Assembly (NCBI GenBank): GCA_027046565.1
Contig: JALTXW010000025.1
Span: 1 to 46,686 of the forward strand
Direction of reading: 5' to 3'
Length of the DNA: 46,686 nt
From: Candidatus Parcubacteria bacterium
Lineage (GTDB): Bacteria; Patescibacteriota; Minisyncoccia; Minisyncoccales; S141-161
A program made the position numbers and the translations under genes. Shown here one piece after another: positions 1 to 7,926 of this stretch. Every line of letters starts with the position of its first letter. The first letter of the stretch is position 1. The notes below the pieces were generated by a model. That model was given only the letters and a program-made list of their open reading frames with translations. It was not told where the DNA came from and ran no database searches.

Positions 1-2
1 CT

Positions 3-737
3 TTAATGTTCATGTTTTAAAGTTGCAACTTTGATAAATATCAAAGTTATGATACTAAAAATGAAAGCTTGAATCAAGCCTACAAATATTTCTAAGACTA
101 AAAAAGGAATAGGAACCAAAAAAGGGATTAAAATTAAAGTAACTAAAAGCAAAACTTCTCCAGCAAAGATATTACCAAAAAGCCTGAACGAAAAAGAGAT
201 TATTTTTGTAAACTCAGAAATTAGTTCTAATATTCCGACAAAAAAACTAATAGGATTTTTTATACTAAAGAATTTTTTAAGGTAGTTTAGTTTTAAACTT
301 TTAATTCCCCAAAATTGAATAAAGAAGAAAGAAATTAAAGCTAAAGCTAAGGTTGTGTTTAGATCGGCTGAAGAAGATCTGATTAAAGGGACTTCTCCTT
401 CTGAGGTTTTGAGTTTGATGGTTCCTAAGCCTGGCAGAAGTTCAATCCAATTAGAAAACAGAACAAAGATAAATATGGTAGCAATCAAAGGAAAAACTTT
501 TAAAGTTAATTTTCTATCTTGAGTTATTGAATCTATTAAATTTAATAAGAATTCTAAAACACTTTCTGTTATTATTTGAAGTTTGGATGTCCTAGTTAAA
601 TGTTGCTTTTTGGTAATTAACCAAGAAAAGAATATTAAACCTAAAACTATGAACCAAGAAATTAATAGAGTATTGGTTAAGGAGAAAGAACCAAAATTTG
701 CTAAGACTTCAGGTTTAACAGAAATTTCAAATTCCAT
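3..737 (-). CDS. atpB: F0F1 ATP synthase subunit a
   Basis: 244-aa polytopic ORF. The C-terminal helices carry the subunit-a signature FRLFGNIFAGE with the essential Arg. ATG at 735-737, TAA stop at 3-5. Confidence 0.9.
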   Translation of the reverse strand: MEFEISVKPEVLANFGSFSLTNTLLISWFIVLGLIFFSWLITKKQHLTRTSKLQIITESVLEFLLNLIDSITQDRKLTLKVFPLIATIFIFVLFSNWIELLPGLGTIKLKTSEGEVPLIRSSSADLNTTLALALISFFFIQFWGIKSLKLNYLKKFFSIKNPISFFVGILELISEFTKIISFSFRLFGNIFAGEVLLLVTLILIPFLVPIPFLVLEIFVGLIQAFIFSIITLIFIKVATLKHEH

Positions 738-758
738 GGCACCCCAAAAATACTCTAA

Positions 759-787
759 ATTCTAAATTAGATTTGTTTGAAATTCAA
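759..787 (-). promoter_or_regulatory. candidate sigma70-type promoter for atpB (TTGAAT-17-TAGAAT)
   Basis: On the minus strand, TTGAAT (782-787) and TAGAAT (759-764) are separated by 17 nt. The -10 box ends 21 nt before the atpB ATG. The AT-rich background makes chance matches possible. Confidence 0.35.
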
Positions 788-852
788 GATTTAGAAGTGA
801 GATTTAAGGTTGATTTTTAAAATAATTAAAGTTAAAATTTTATACTAGAAAT

Positions 853-928
<76 letters not shown>

Positions 929-938
929 AATTAAAATA

Positions 939-964
939 GGGGGCTTTTGCAAAGCCCCCTTTTA
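939..964. terminator. bidirectional intrinsic terminator between tRNA-Gly and the convergent lipoprotein gene
   Basis: GGGGGCTTT (939-947) pairs with AAAGCCCCC (951-959). The hairpin is followed by TTTT on the plus strand and preceded by an A-rich run, which gives the T-run on the minus strand. Confidence 0.65.
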
Positions 965-2473
965 CTTAGCAATTACTCTTCTCTTTTCAAAGATTCCATC
1001 TTCATTTTCATCTCTGATGATTACTAAGTTATTTTCAACCTCATAAGTTATCTCAAAGGGAAGAGGCTTAATGAAAAGATCGACATGTCCTTCTATTGAA
1101 AACTCTCCTTTAGGATGGAGAGTTAGGATTTTGTTTGTGACTTTAGCATCTAAATATTCTTTTTGAGCAAACTCTTCTTTCAGATTAAATTTCTCTCTAA
1201 CCCCTTTTCTATACCAGATCTTTTCAACATATAAGATCTTTCCTTCTTCGAGTTTAACTCCTACTCTAAACTTCCATTCTTCTTGTTCTTTCTCTTTGTA
1301 AACAAAAGGCACCTTAAATCCTTCTTCAGAGTATTCCCATGGATCAACTTTTATACCCCCTGCCCTTACTATCTCTAACTTGATTTCTGTTTCCTCTGGA
1401 ATTTCTCGCTTTTCTTTAGGCTTTTCATATCTTGAGTATTTTATTAAAAAAGCATATTGGACTTCTTTAGTTATAAGGTCTCGAGGAACTTTAATGTTTA
1501 CTTGAGTGACAACTTCATTTGGGATTCCATAACCTGTCTCTTCAGGTCTATCTATATCTATTACCCACACATTTACACTTCTGGATTTCAAGCCTCTATA
1601 TCCTATCATAAAAGGTTGAGGTTCTCTTTGGTAAATTAGAGTTTCCTGATCTAATTTAATCTCAAAGACTCTGAATACCTCAATTACATCTGCCACCTGT
1701 TTTTTATTTGGAATTTCTGGATCTATTACTTTGAAAGCTCTAATCAAATAACCTTCCCTAACTTTCTCTAACTTTTCAGAGGGAGTTTGGTTTTTAGCAA
1801 TTTCATAAAGACTTTTTACTTCCTTTTCTTCGTCAAACAAGAATAGGTCTCCTAATTTATAAAGCTTACCTTCTCTTTTGGCTTCTGAGATATAGGTTGG
1901 AACAAACTTAAACTTTCTCAAATCAACAGTAGGCCACAAGATTAAAGGATCAAACTTTTCAGACCCTTCTTCTCTTAGAGTAGATTTAAGAGTAGGTTTA
2001 TAACTTCCTCCACCGTTAAGATAAGCTGGGTTATTAGTTTCAAGCTTTAACTCTGGAACAGCTTCTCCTATTAGTTTGTAGAACTTTATCATTAGTTCTC
2101 TAAAAGCTAATCTTTCTCTAATATATCTCAAGATAGCTTCTTTTCTTAATAAGGGTTGTTCTAACTCTAATCTTCTAACTAATCTTAACCAGAACTTGCT
2201 TTTCAGAATGTTATCTATATCAGAAAGCATTGAGTTGACTGTCGCTAAAACGTCTCGATTAGTTAAAGCTCTGTAGTCTGCGTGCCACATTCCTTTATCA
2301 TCTTGAAAAGCAAATAACAAAAGTAAACTATAATAATAGGCAGCCAAAGATTCTTCAGGAGTAAATTTGTTTTTAGCTTCTTCAAAGAAAGCTTCATCGT
2401 ACTGGGTAGCGCATCCTACCAAGAGAGTAGAAGGAAGGATTATCAAGAGGAGGAGAGTAAGCTTCCTCCTCAT
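962..2473 (-). CDS. hypothetical lipoprotein (503 aa), no recognisable domain
   Basis: Long ORF. N-terminus MRRKLTLLLLIILPSTLLVGC has a lipobox (LVGC). A canonical SD (GAAGGAGGTGA) ends 6 nt before the ATG. There is a 4-nt overlap with the upstream gene. Confidence 0.75.
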   Translation of the reverse strand: MRRKLTLLLLIILPSTLLVGCATQYDEAFFEEAKNKFTPEESLAAYYYSLLLLFAFQDDKGMWHADYRALTNRDVLATVNSMLSDIDNILKSKFWLRLVRRLELEQPLLRKEAILRYIRERLAFRELMIKFYKLIGEAVPELKLETNNPAYLNGGGSYKPTLKSTLREEGSEKFDPLILWPTVDLRKFKFVPTYISEAKREGKLYKLGDLFLFDEEKEVKSLYEIAKNQTPSEKLEKVREGYLIRAFKVIDPEIPNKKQVADVIEVFRVFEIKLDQETLIYQREPQPFMIGYRGLKSRSVNVWVIDIDRPEETGYGIPNEVVTQVNIKVPRDLITKEVQYAFLIKYSRYEKPKEKREIPEETEIKLEIVRAGGIKVDPWEYSEEGFKVPFVYKEKEQEEWKFRVGVKLEEGKILYVEKIWYRKGVREKFNLKEEFAQKEYLDAKVTNKILTLHPKGEFSIEGHVDLFIKPLPFEITYEVENNLVIIRDENEDGIFEKRRVIAK

Positions 2474-3957
2474 CGCGAATCACCTCCTTCGAAGAGATTG
2501 AAAGCTTCTTCCAGGAAAAGCTTTAATTCTTGCCAGCTCAAAGAGTTAATTAGCTCTTTAGCCTTACCCGGAGGAAAGACATGTACTGGCCACCATACTA
2601 AGTCTTGAGGACAGAATGAAAATCCGGAAAGTTCTTCCTCTAGCTTTTCAGGGGTTTCTTTTTTCTCGCCCGCTTTCTTTAAGGCTTTCTTTGCTATTTC
2701 TAAGATTACTTTTTCATGTTTTAAGAGAAACTTTTTAGTGTTTTCTGCTCCATCTAAAATTGTAGGCTCGTATTCTAAACCCATAAAAAGATCGAAGAAA
2801 GCATAGCTCTGACAAAGCTTGGTATTAAAGGCAACCCAATAAAGAGGATGGCTGTAGAATTCAGGATATAGTCTTTCTTTGACAAATCTCTTTAACTCTT
2901 TAGCTATCTCTTGAACCATTATGTGAAACTTTCTAAACTTTTCTTCGTCAATAGTGTATACTCTGGCTGTGGAGAAAGAAAATATCTGTTTAGCAGCTTC
3001 TCTTACATCAAAGGAGAAGTAGTTCCAAACTGCTCTACGGACAGGTTCAAGGTATCCGTGAAAGAAAAGTTCAAAAGGATAAATGTCTGCCATTAGCATC
3101 GAAAGTTCGGCAAACATTTCAGCATGGAAATAGTACACTAAGGGTAGAGCTTGAATCTGAGTGTTAGCGTGAACTAACTCATGCATCAAGATATATGGCT
3201 TTCCCATAATAAAGTCAAATCTCCAGCCTAACGGAGAATAAAAGACTACCCTTTTAGCTCCTTCTAGACTTAAAGTAGCAGCTCCTAAAATCCCGAAAGG
3301 AAGTTCTCCAACTATGATAAGGTCTGGGAGAAAATCTTTCTTTTCAAACTTAGGAATCTGTAATATTTCTCTGACTTTAACCTGGTAGTTTTCAATTTGG
3401 ATTTCTTTATCTAATTCTTCTAAAAGCTTCCTTTTTTCAAAGCCATAAATTTTAACTAGTTTGTCTAAAATTGAAGCTTCGATGTTTTCTGGTTCTAAGA
3501 TCTTCCAGAGTTCATTTAAGGCAATTTTTATATCTTGAGTTAGCTTACGCTTTAATTTCTCTAACTCGTTTTGGGGAAATAGTTGAGGAAGTTGATTTGG
3601 AGGATTGTACTTTAAAACTTTTTCTCCCCTAAGTTCGAGCTCTATCCAATCTAAGAATAAAACTTTCACTTCTTTATCTTCTAAAACAAACCTAAAGCTA
3701 GGATGCAGGTTAGAAAACTTTCCAAACCTTCTGGCTGAAGGAATCAGATAGGAAGAGAATAGATTGTTGACCTCTATAATTCTCTCTAAAGTTTCTTTTG
3801 GAGCTCGAAGATCTAAGAAGAGATGAGGGAGGTTAGAAGGATTATAGAAAACCTGCGGAGACGAAGTAAACTGTACAGGTTCTGGAGGTACAGAAAGTCC
3901 TCCTATTGCTAAAATAAACAAGATAGTAATCGCGAACTTGAAACTTTGCTTTAACAT
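2470..3957 (-). CDS. secreted HExxH protein (gluzincin-like putative metallopeptidase), otherwise uncharacterised
   Basis: 495-aa ORF with an N-terminal signal/anchor helix. HELVH is encoded at 3169-3183, with Glu residues about 20 aa downstream (FHAEMFAE). An SD (AAGGAGGA) lies 7 nt before the ATG. Confidence 0.65.
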   Translation of the reverse strand: MLKQSFKFAITILFILAIGGLSVPPEPVQFTSSPQVFYNPSNLPHLFLDLRAPKETLERIIEVNNLFSSYLIPSARRFGKFSNLHPSFRFVLEDKEVKVLFLDWIELELRGEKVLKYNPPNQLPQLFPQNELEKLKRKLTQDIKIALNELWKILEPENIEASILDKLVKIYGFEKRKLLEELDKEIQIENYQVKVREILQIPKFEKKDFLPDLIIVGELPFGILGAATLSLEGAKRVVFYSPLGWRFDFIMGKPYILMHELVHANTQIQALPLVYYFHAEMFAELSMLMADIYPFELFFHGYLEPVRRAVWNYFSFDVREAAKQIFSFSTARVYTIDEEKFRKFHIMVQEIAKELKRFVKERLYPEFYSHPLYWVAFNTKLCQSYAFFDLFMGLEYEPTILDGAENTKKFLLKHEKVILEIAKKALKKAGEKKETPEKLEEELSGFSFCPQDLVWWPVHVFPPGKAKELINSLSWQELKLFLEEAFNLFEGGDSR

Positions 3958-3990
3958 CTCTATCTCCTCCTTTGTTAAGGTTCTAATAGG

Positions 3991-4020
3991 ATTTTAGAAA
4001 ATAAGACAAAAATATGTCAA
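3991..4020 (-). promoter_or_regulatory. near-consensus promoter (TTGACA-18-TAAAAT) for the HExxH/lipoprotein operon
   Basis: On the minus strand, TTGACA (4015-4020) and TAAAAT (3991-3996) have an 18-nt spacer. This leaves a leader of about 30 nt that contains the SD. Confidence 0.5.
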
Positions 4021-4046
4021 GTTTAAAAATATCTCGATTTTAGTTT

Positions 4047-4667
4047 TTAGATTGAGGTACCTACAATAAGTCGATATAAGAGGTTAACTATAGTAAATAA
4101 GAAAGGTAAGCCGAAAAATATGACAAAAATTAGAATAAATAAGCCATAAGTCTGGAGATTGAGTTTAAGCCATTGATATTGAGGAGGTAATAGGGCAAAT
4201 AATACGTGAGATCCGTCTAAAGGAGGGATAGGTAATAAGTTAAATACAGCTAAGATTAAATTGATTACAACTATAGTAGAAAATAGTATAGATATTTCAG
4301 GAGGAAAATTAAAAAATCTTAAAATTAATCCGAATATTAAAGCTAAAGAGATGTTAGTTAAAGGACCAGCTAAAGAGACAAATATTTCTCCTTTTTTTAA
4401 ATCTCTAAAATAAAAAGGATTAACTGGTACAGGTTTTGCCCAGCCAAAGATAGGGCCTTGGCCCATAGTGAAAATTAACATCATTAAAGGCAAAATTACA
4501 GATCCGAAGGGATCTAAGTGTTTTAGGGGATTCAGAGTTAATCTTCCAGCTAATTTTGCGGTTGGATCTCCAAAATATAAAGCTACGCTTCCATGGGCTA
4601 TTTCGTGAATTACAACTGAAAAAAGTAAAACTCCTAAGGAAAATATTGTGAGTAAGATTGGATCCAT
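4047..4667 (-). CDS. M50 (site-2 protease) family membrane metalloprotease
   Basis: 206-aa polytopic ORF. HEIAHG zinc motif in the first TM helix and an NLLPIPPLDG motif, which are the hallmark S2P pair. Confidence 0.85.
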   Translation of the reverse strand: MDPILLTIFSLGVLLFSVVIHEIAHGSVALYFGDPTAKLAGRLTLNPLKHLDPFGSVILPLMMLIFTMGQGPIFGWAKPVPVNPFYFRDLKKGEIFVSLAGPLTNISLALIFGLILRFFNFPPEISILFSTIVVINLILAVFNLLPIPPLDGSHVLFALLPPQYQWLKLNLQTYGLFILIFVIFFGLPFLFTIVNLLYRLIVGTSI

Positions 4668-4694
4668 ACAGATGTAGGTTACATTTTACAAGAT

Positions 4695-4724
4695 TTGAAA
4701 AAGAGAGGCAACTTATGCTATATT
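4695..4724 (+). promoter_or_regulatory. candidate promoter for rpmB (TTGAAA-18-TGcTATATT)
   Basis: TTGAAA at 4695-4700 and TATATT at 4719-4724, preceded by TG at 4716-4717 (extended -10). Only 13 nt separate the -10 box from the ATG. Confidence 0.4.
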
Positions 4725-4737
4725 TTATGATACTATC

Positions 4738-4932
4738 ATGGCAAAAGTTTGTGCGATGTGCAATAAAAACAAAGTAAAAGTCCAAAAAAGAGTTAAGCTA
4801 AGAGGGCACTACAACCCTACTTCTATTAGATATCAAAAACCTAATCTTCAAAAAGTAATATTGAAAGGCAAAAAGGTGAAAGTTTGTACTAAATGTTTAA
4901 AGAAGTTAGTAAGGAGCGAAGTTTTAATTTAG
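4738..4932 (+). CDS. rpmB: 50S ribosomal protein L28
   Basis: 64-aa basic ORF. The MAKVCAMCNK...KPNLQKV...VCTKCLKK pattern is typical of Cys-containing L28 proteins. Confidence 0.8.
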   Translation: MAKVCAMCNKNKVKVQKRVKLRGHYNPTSIRYQKPNLQKVILKGKKVKVCTKCLKKLVRSEVLI

Positions 4933-4935
4933 TCT

Positions 4936-5328
4936 TTATTCTACAATCAATCTTCCTCGCATCCCAGAGTGGCCTATACCACAATATACCGAACAAAGAA
5001 AATCAAAAGTCCCTCTTTTATTAGCTACAAATTCAATAGTTTTAGTTTCTCCAGGAGGTAAGACTTCAGAGACCCCAAAAGCTGGGATGGAAATACCATG
5101 AGCTACATCTACACTTTTTATTTTCAATCTTACCCTATCTCCTAATTTGACTCTAATTTCCGGAGGATCAAATCTAAACTGGCTGGCTTCCATCTCTATT
5201 TCTACCAAAGATCCTTCAGGAAGAGATGGATTTGGGAGAGAGGTAGTTTTTTGTCTTCCCAAAAATAGAAATAGAGATACTCCTATTATGATTACCGCAA
5301 CTAAAATTATAGGAACTTTTATCTGCAT
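4936..5328 (-). CDS. membrane-anchored cupredoxin with a CuA-type ligand pattern
   Basis: 130-aa ORF with an N-terminal TM helix. DVAHGI plus FLCSVYCGIGHSGM gives H...C-x3-C-x3-H-x2-M, as in the cytochrome oxidase subunit II CuA domain. Confidence 0.8.
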   Translation of the reverse strand: MQIKVPIILVAVIIIGVSLFLFLGRQKTTSLPNPSLPEGSLVEIEMEASQFRFDPPEIRVKLGDRVRLKIKSVDVAHGISIPAFGVSEVLPPGETKTIEFVANKRGTFDFLCSVYCGIGHSGMRGRLIVE

Positions 5329-5379
5329 ATTTTTAGATTATTTTAATTTCGTGGTTTGATTAAGATTCAGAATTAAAAT

Positions 5380-6876
5380 TTAAACTCCGCATCCTCTACC
5401 TCCTCCTACTTGCTCTATAGCTCCTTGCTGAGAAAGCCAATTTCGGACTCTTGTCCAACCTGAAACGGTGGAATAATCTTTTCCTAATACAACTTTAGGG
5501 TCTACTTCCTCCCAGTCTTGGTTATATCTAAGTTTGAAGTACTTAGCTAAATCTACATACTGCTGAGGAAACCAGAATGCATTGAAGTATTTAAGAGCTT
5601 CAAAGATCTCTTCGGCAGTTGCGCCTTGAGAAGCCATAATTTCTCCTAAAGCTAAAGCTGCCATCCCATGGTTACAATCTGCAAAGGCGGTAGAGTTGTT
5701 ACAGCAAGGACGGTAAGAGTTGTAAGCGAACTCTTCTAATTCTTTCTGTTGTTCCGGAGTAAGTTTGATTATCTCTGTAGAAGAGTAAAGTTCAGTAGCA
5801 GGTTTAGTTCCCAAAGTCCATCCTCCAGTAGAAGCAAAGTAACCTATAGATTTCTTCCCGCCATACTTCATTAAAGGCCCTTTTTCTAAAATTGGGTTTT
5901 TATTAGTTAACCCTAAAGCCCAGAAGAGGTTGAGGAGGAAATAAGCATTTTCTCTGGTAATCTTAATCTTTTGATTTGATCCCTTAGTGAGAATTTCTAT
6001 TTGTTCCGGAGTTAGAGGAGCGCCGGCTCTCTCGTAGATAGCTTTAAACTTTTCAAAATCTATAGCTCCAGCTTTCAACAACTTAGGCCCAATATCTCCA
6101 TAGGTTGCGTTTATAGTATATCCTTCCTCAGGTAGAACTTTAGAGGCTATTTCGGATAAGGTAGGAAGTGAAGAGGAGGACACAAAGTTAGGCAATGATG
6201 AAGTTTGGTTTTGGAAGTTTAACTTTAGGTTTAAACTTGAAGCTATTACCGGTAGATAAAAGATGAAAAGGAAAGCCAAAATTGGAATTCCAACATATTT
6301 CAAGGGGTTGTTTATCTTCTGGGGCAAAGTTAGGATTAAATACCCTTCCTTTATTTCCACCTTAAAGTTATCTTTTGCACTTAAGTTGTTCTTTTGGCAG
6401 CTTTGACAATTTTCTTGCTCTAAAGCTTCTATATTTTTTGCTAAGTTTCTAATGGAAAGAAAGAGAAGGGCTAAAGCTATTCCTTTAATTTCTAATCCCT
6501 GAAAAGGGAAGGCAGCAAGCCCTCCTGCTATTCCTAAGATAGACATAAGGTAAGCTCCACATACTGGGCATCCTGTAGAGATTGCTCCTAAGAAAGCACT
6601 GGTAAAGCTGAAACTGGTAGATCCTAATTCTTTCTTTTTAGCTTCTTTAATTTGGTAGATCAACAAGCTTAAGGAAATACCAAAGGTTACTCCAATCAAA
6701 ATGTTTAATAGAAGGGAGAGAATATTGTAGAGAGGAGAATTTGACTGCCAAAAGATGCTAAAAGTGGTAGATTGCAAGAAGACGAGATAGTAGAGGAGTA
6801 GGAGATTAAAGCTGAAACTAACAGCTAAGGTTAAATATAGAGGATCTTTGAAGATTTTTTTAAGAATTTTCATCAT
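5380..6876 (-). CDS. uncharacterised Cys-motif-rich membrane protein with a large extracytoplasmic C-terminal domain
   Basis: 498-aa ORF with about 5 predicted TM helices. Cys motifs: CPVCG inside a TM helix, CQSCQ, PCCNNSTAFADCNHG, and a C-terminal GGGRGCGV. Confidence 0.7.
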   Translation of the reverse strand: MMKILKKIFKDPLYLTLAVSFSFNLLLLYYLVFLQSTTFSIFWQSNSPLYNILSLLLNILIGVTFGISLSLLIYQIKEAKKKELGSTSFSFTSAFLGAISTGCPVCGAYLMSILGIAGGLAAFPFQGLEIKGIALALLFLSIRNLAKNIEALEQENCQSCQKNNLSAKDNFKVEIKEGYLILTLPQKINNPLKYVGIPILAFLFIFYLPVIASSLNLKLNFQNQTSSLPNFVSSSSLPTLSEIASKVLPEEGYTINATYGDIGPKLLKAGAIDFEKFKAIYERAGAPLTPEQIEILTKGSNQKIKITRENAYFLLNLFWALGLTNKNPILEKGPLMKYGGKKSIGYFASTGGWTLGTKPATELYSSTEIIKLTPEQQKELEEFAYNSYRPCCNNSTAFADCNHGMAALALGEIMASQGATAEEIFEALKYFNAFWFPQQYVDLAKYFKLRYNQDWEEVDPKVVLGKDYSTVSGWTRVRNWLSQQGAIEQVGGGRGCGV

Positions 6877-6945
6877 CTTTATTTAGTTTCAAGTAATCTA
6901 AAAACCTTTAAAAATAAAATCTTAAGATCTTAGAGGTTTGAGCTT

Positions 6946-7263
6946 TCAAAATATCTGCGGTTCTAATATTCCTTGTCTTAAAGCCTTTTTTGCTGGATTA
7001 TTTAATTTGGAAATTATCTCTGACGAATACTTAAGTAGTTGGAGATGAGACAGCAAAGCTAAAATTGAGACTAAAATTAGCAGATTAATCTCGGTAATTA
7101 TCTTTGTTTGTCCGAAGCCATAAGAGTTAAAGTTTAATTTAGAAACTAAAAAGGGTAAATCGCAATGGAGGTACTCTAAGCTTAAAAAAGAAAAGAAAGG
7201 GTAAAAAGTATAACAGCTCAGAATAGGAAAAGTTATCAAAAGGAAGGTTAAAGCCCAAGCCAT
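6946..7263 (-). CDS. hypothetical small membrane protein
   Basis: Hydrophobic ORF. I prefer the internal ATG (MAWALTFLL...) at 7263, 5 nt after the upstream stop, over the track start at 7296. No homology recognised. Confidence 0.35.
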   Translation of the reverse strand: MAWALTFLLITFPILSCYTFYPFFSFLSLEYLHCDLPFLVSKLNFNSYGFGQTKIITEINLLILVSILALLSHLQLLKYSSEIISKLNNPAKKALRQGILEPQIF

Positions 7264-7267
7264 GTTT

Positions 7268-7912
7268 TTAAATCTTAAGTTGCAAACTTTCTGCAATCTC
7301 TTTTAAAAGTTGAGAAGGAGATTTAATCTCTGCAGAAAGCTTTGTTTTAAAGTCTTTAATCTGTTTCCCTTGAAAGTCTATCTCTTTAAGCTTTTCAGTC
7401 AAATATTCTCTGTCTACGGGAAAATCTACCCCTTTAATCTTTTCTAAAACTTCAACTGGCCAGGTATGGCAAAGTAAATGGGAGTAGTTAGAAAAGACAT
7501 CAGCTAAAAAGTCTATATTTTCTTTCCCTTCTTCAATTGCTTGATAAGCTAACTTAGCTAAGCCTCCAGCTCGATGAGATCTGACTTCTTCTCCTTCTTC
7601 AGGTTCTTCACCTTTTAAAAATCTATCTATCATCTTTTGGATCTCTTCTTCTTTAGCAGAGAGAATTGCTCTTACGGTATTAGTGGAAAGCCCAAGATCT
7701 TGAGCAATCTCAGAGGTACTCTTTTGAAGGTCTCTTTGCCATACAATTACATAAGCAGCTTCCATTAAAGAAGGCAACCAAGTTAAGTTTCTATATTCAA
7801 AGAGCTTCCTTGGACCTCCTAAAATATCTAAAGCTTTAAGAAAAACTCTTAAGGCTTTTCTTTCTGCATTTTTAAAAGATTCTTCTTTAGGAGTAGAAAT
7901 AACCTCGATCAT
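7268..7912 (-). CDS. hypothetical protein with a probable helix-turn-helix segment
   Basis: 214-aa ORF. TSEIAQDLGLSTNTVRAILS looks like a classic HTH. It sits immediately downstream of the KaiC-like ATPase (14-nt gap). Confidence 0.55.
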   Translation of the reverse strand: MIEVISTPKEESFKNAERKALRVFLKALDILGGPRKLFEYRNLTWLPSLMEAAYVIVWQRDLQKSTSEIAQDLGLSTNTVRAILSAKEEEIQKMIDRFLKGEEPEEGEEVRSHRAGGLAKLAYQAIEEGKENIDFLADVFSNYSHLLCHTWPVEVLEKIKGVDFPVDREYLTEKLKEIDFQGKQIKDFKTKLSAEIKSPSQLLKEIAESLQLKI

Positions 7913-7926
7913 AATGTTTATTAATT

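Noticed and set aside
583-765. Short or moderate ORFs on the strand opposite long, well-supported genes. Examples from the track: 583-765, 1457-1639, 2911-3096, 4420-4785, 5147-5359, 9324-9611, 10322-10519, 13655-13957, 17863-18045, 19774-20121, 21216-21689, 23298-23878, 25251-26009, 27129-27918, 33284-34828, 35159-35512, 36150-36727, 39134-39394, 40086-40334, 41730-41945 and 42444-42665.
   Set aside because: Each lies entirely or largely inside a longer ORF with clear family motifs. Their translations are low-complexity (Ser/Phe/Leu/Lys-rich), typical of antisense or shadow frames in AT-rich DNA. None has a promoter or an SD.
6923-6932. 10-bp palindrome TAAGATCTTA between the small membrane ORF and the Cys-rich protein gene. 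It shares a GATC core with the 18-bp palindrome at 8982-8999.
   Set aside because: Perfect 10-bp palindromes are expected dozens of times by chance in 46 kb of AT-rich DNA. The flanking AAACCT/AGGTTT arms are placed asymmetrically. There is no basis for a functional call.
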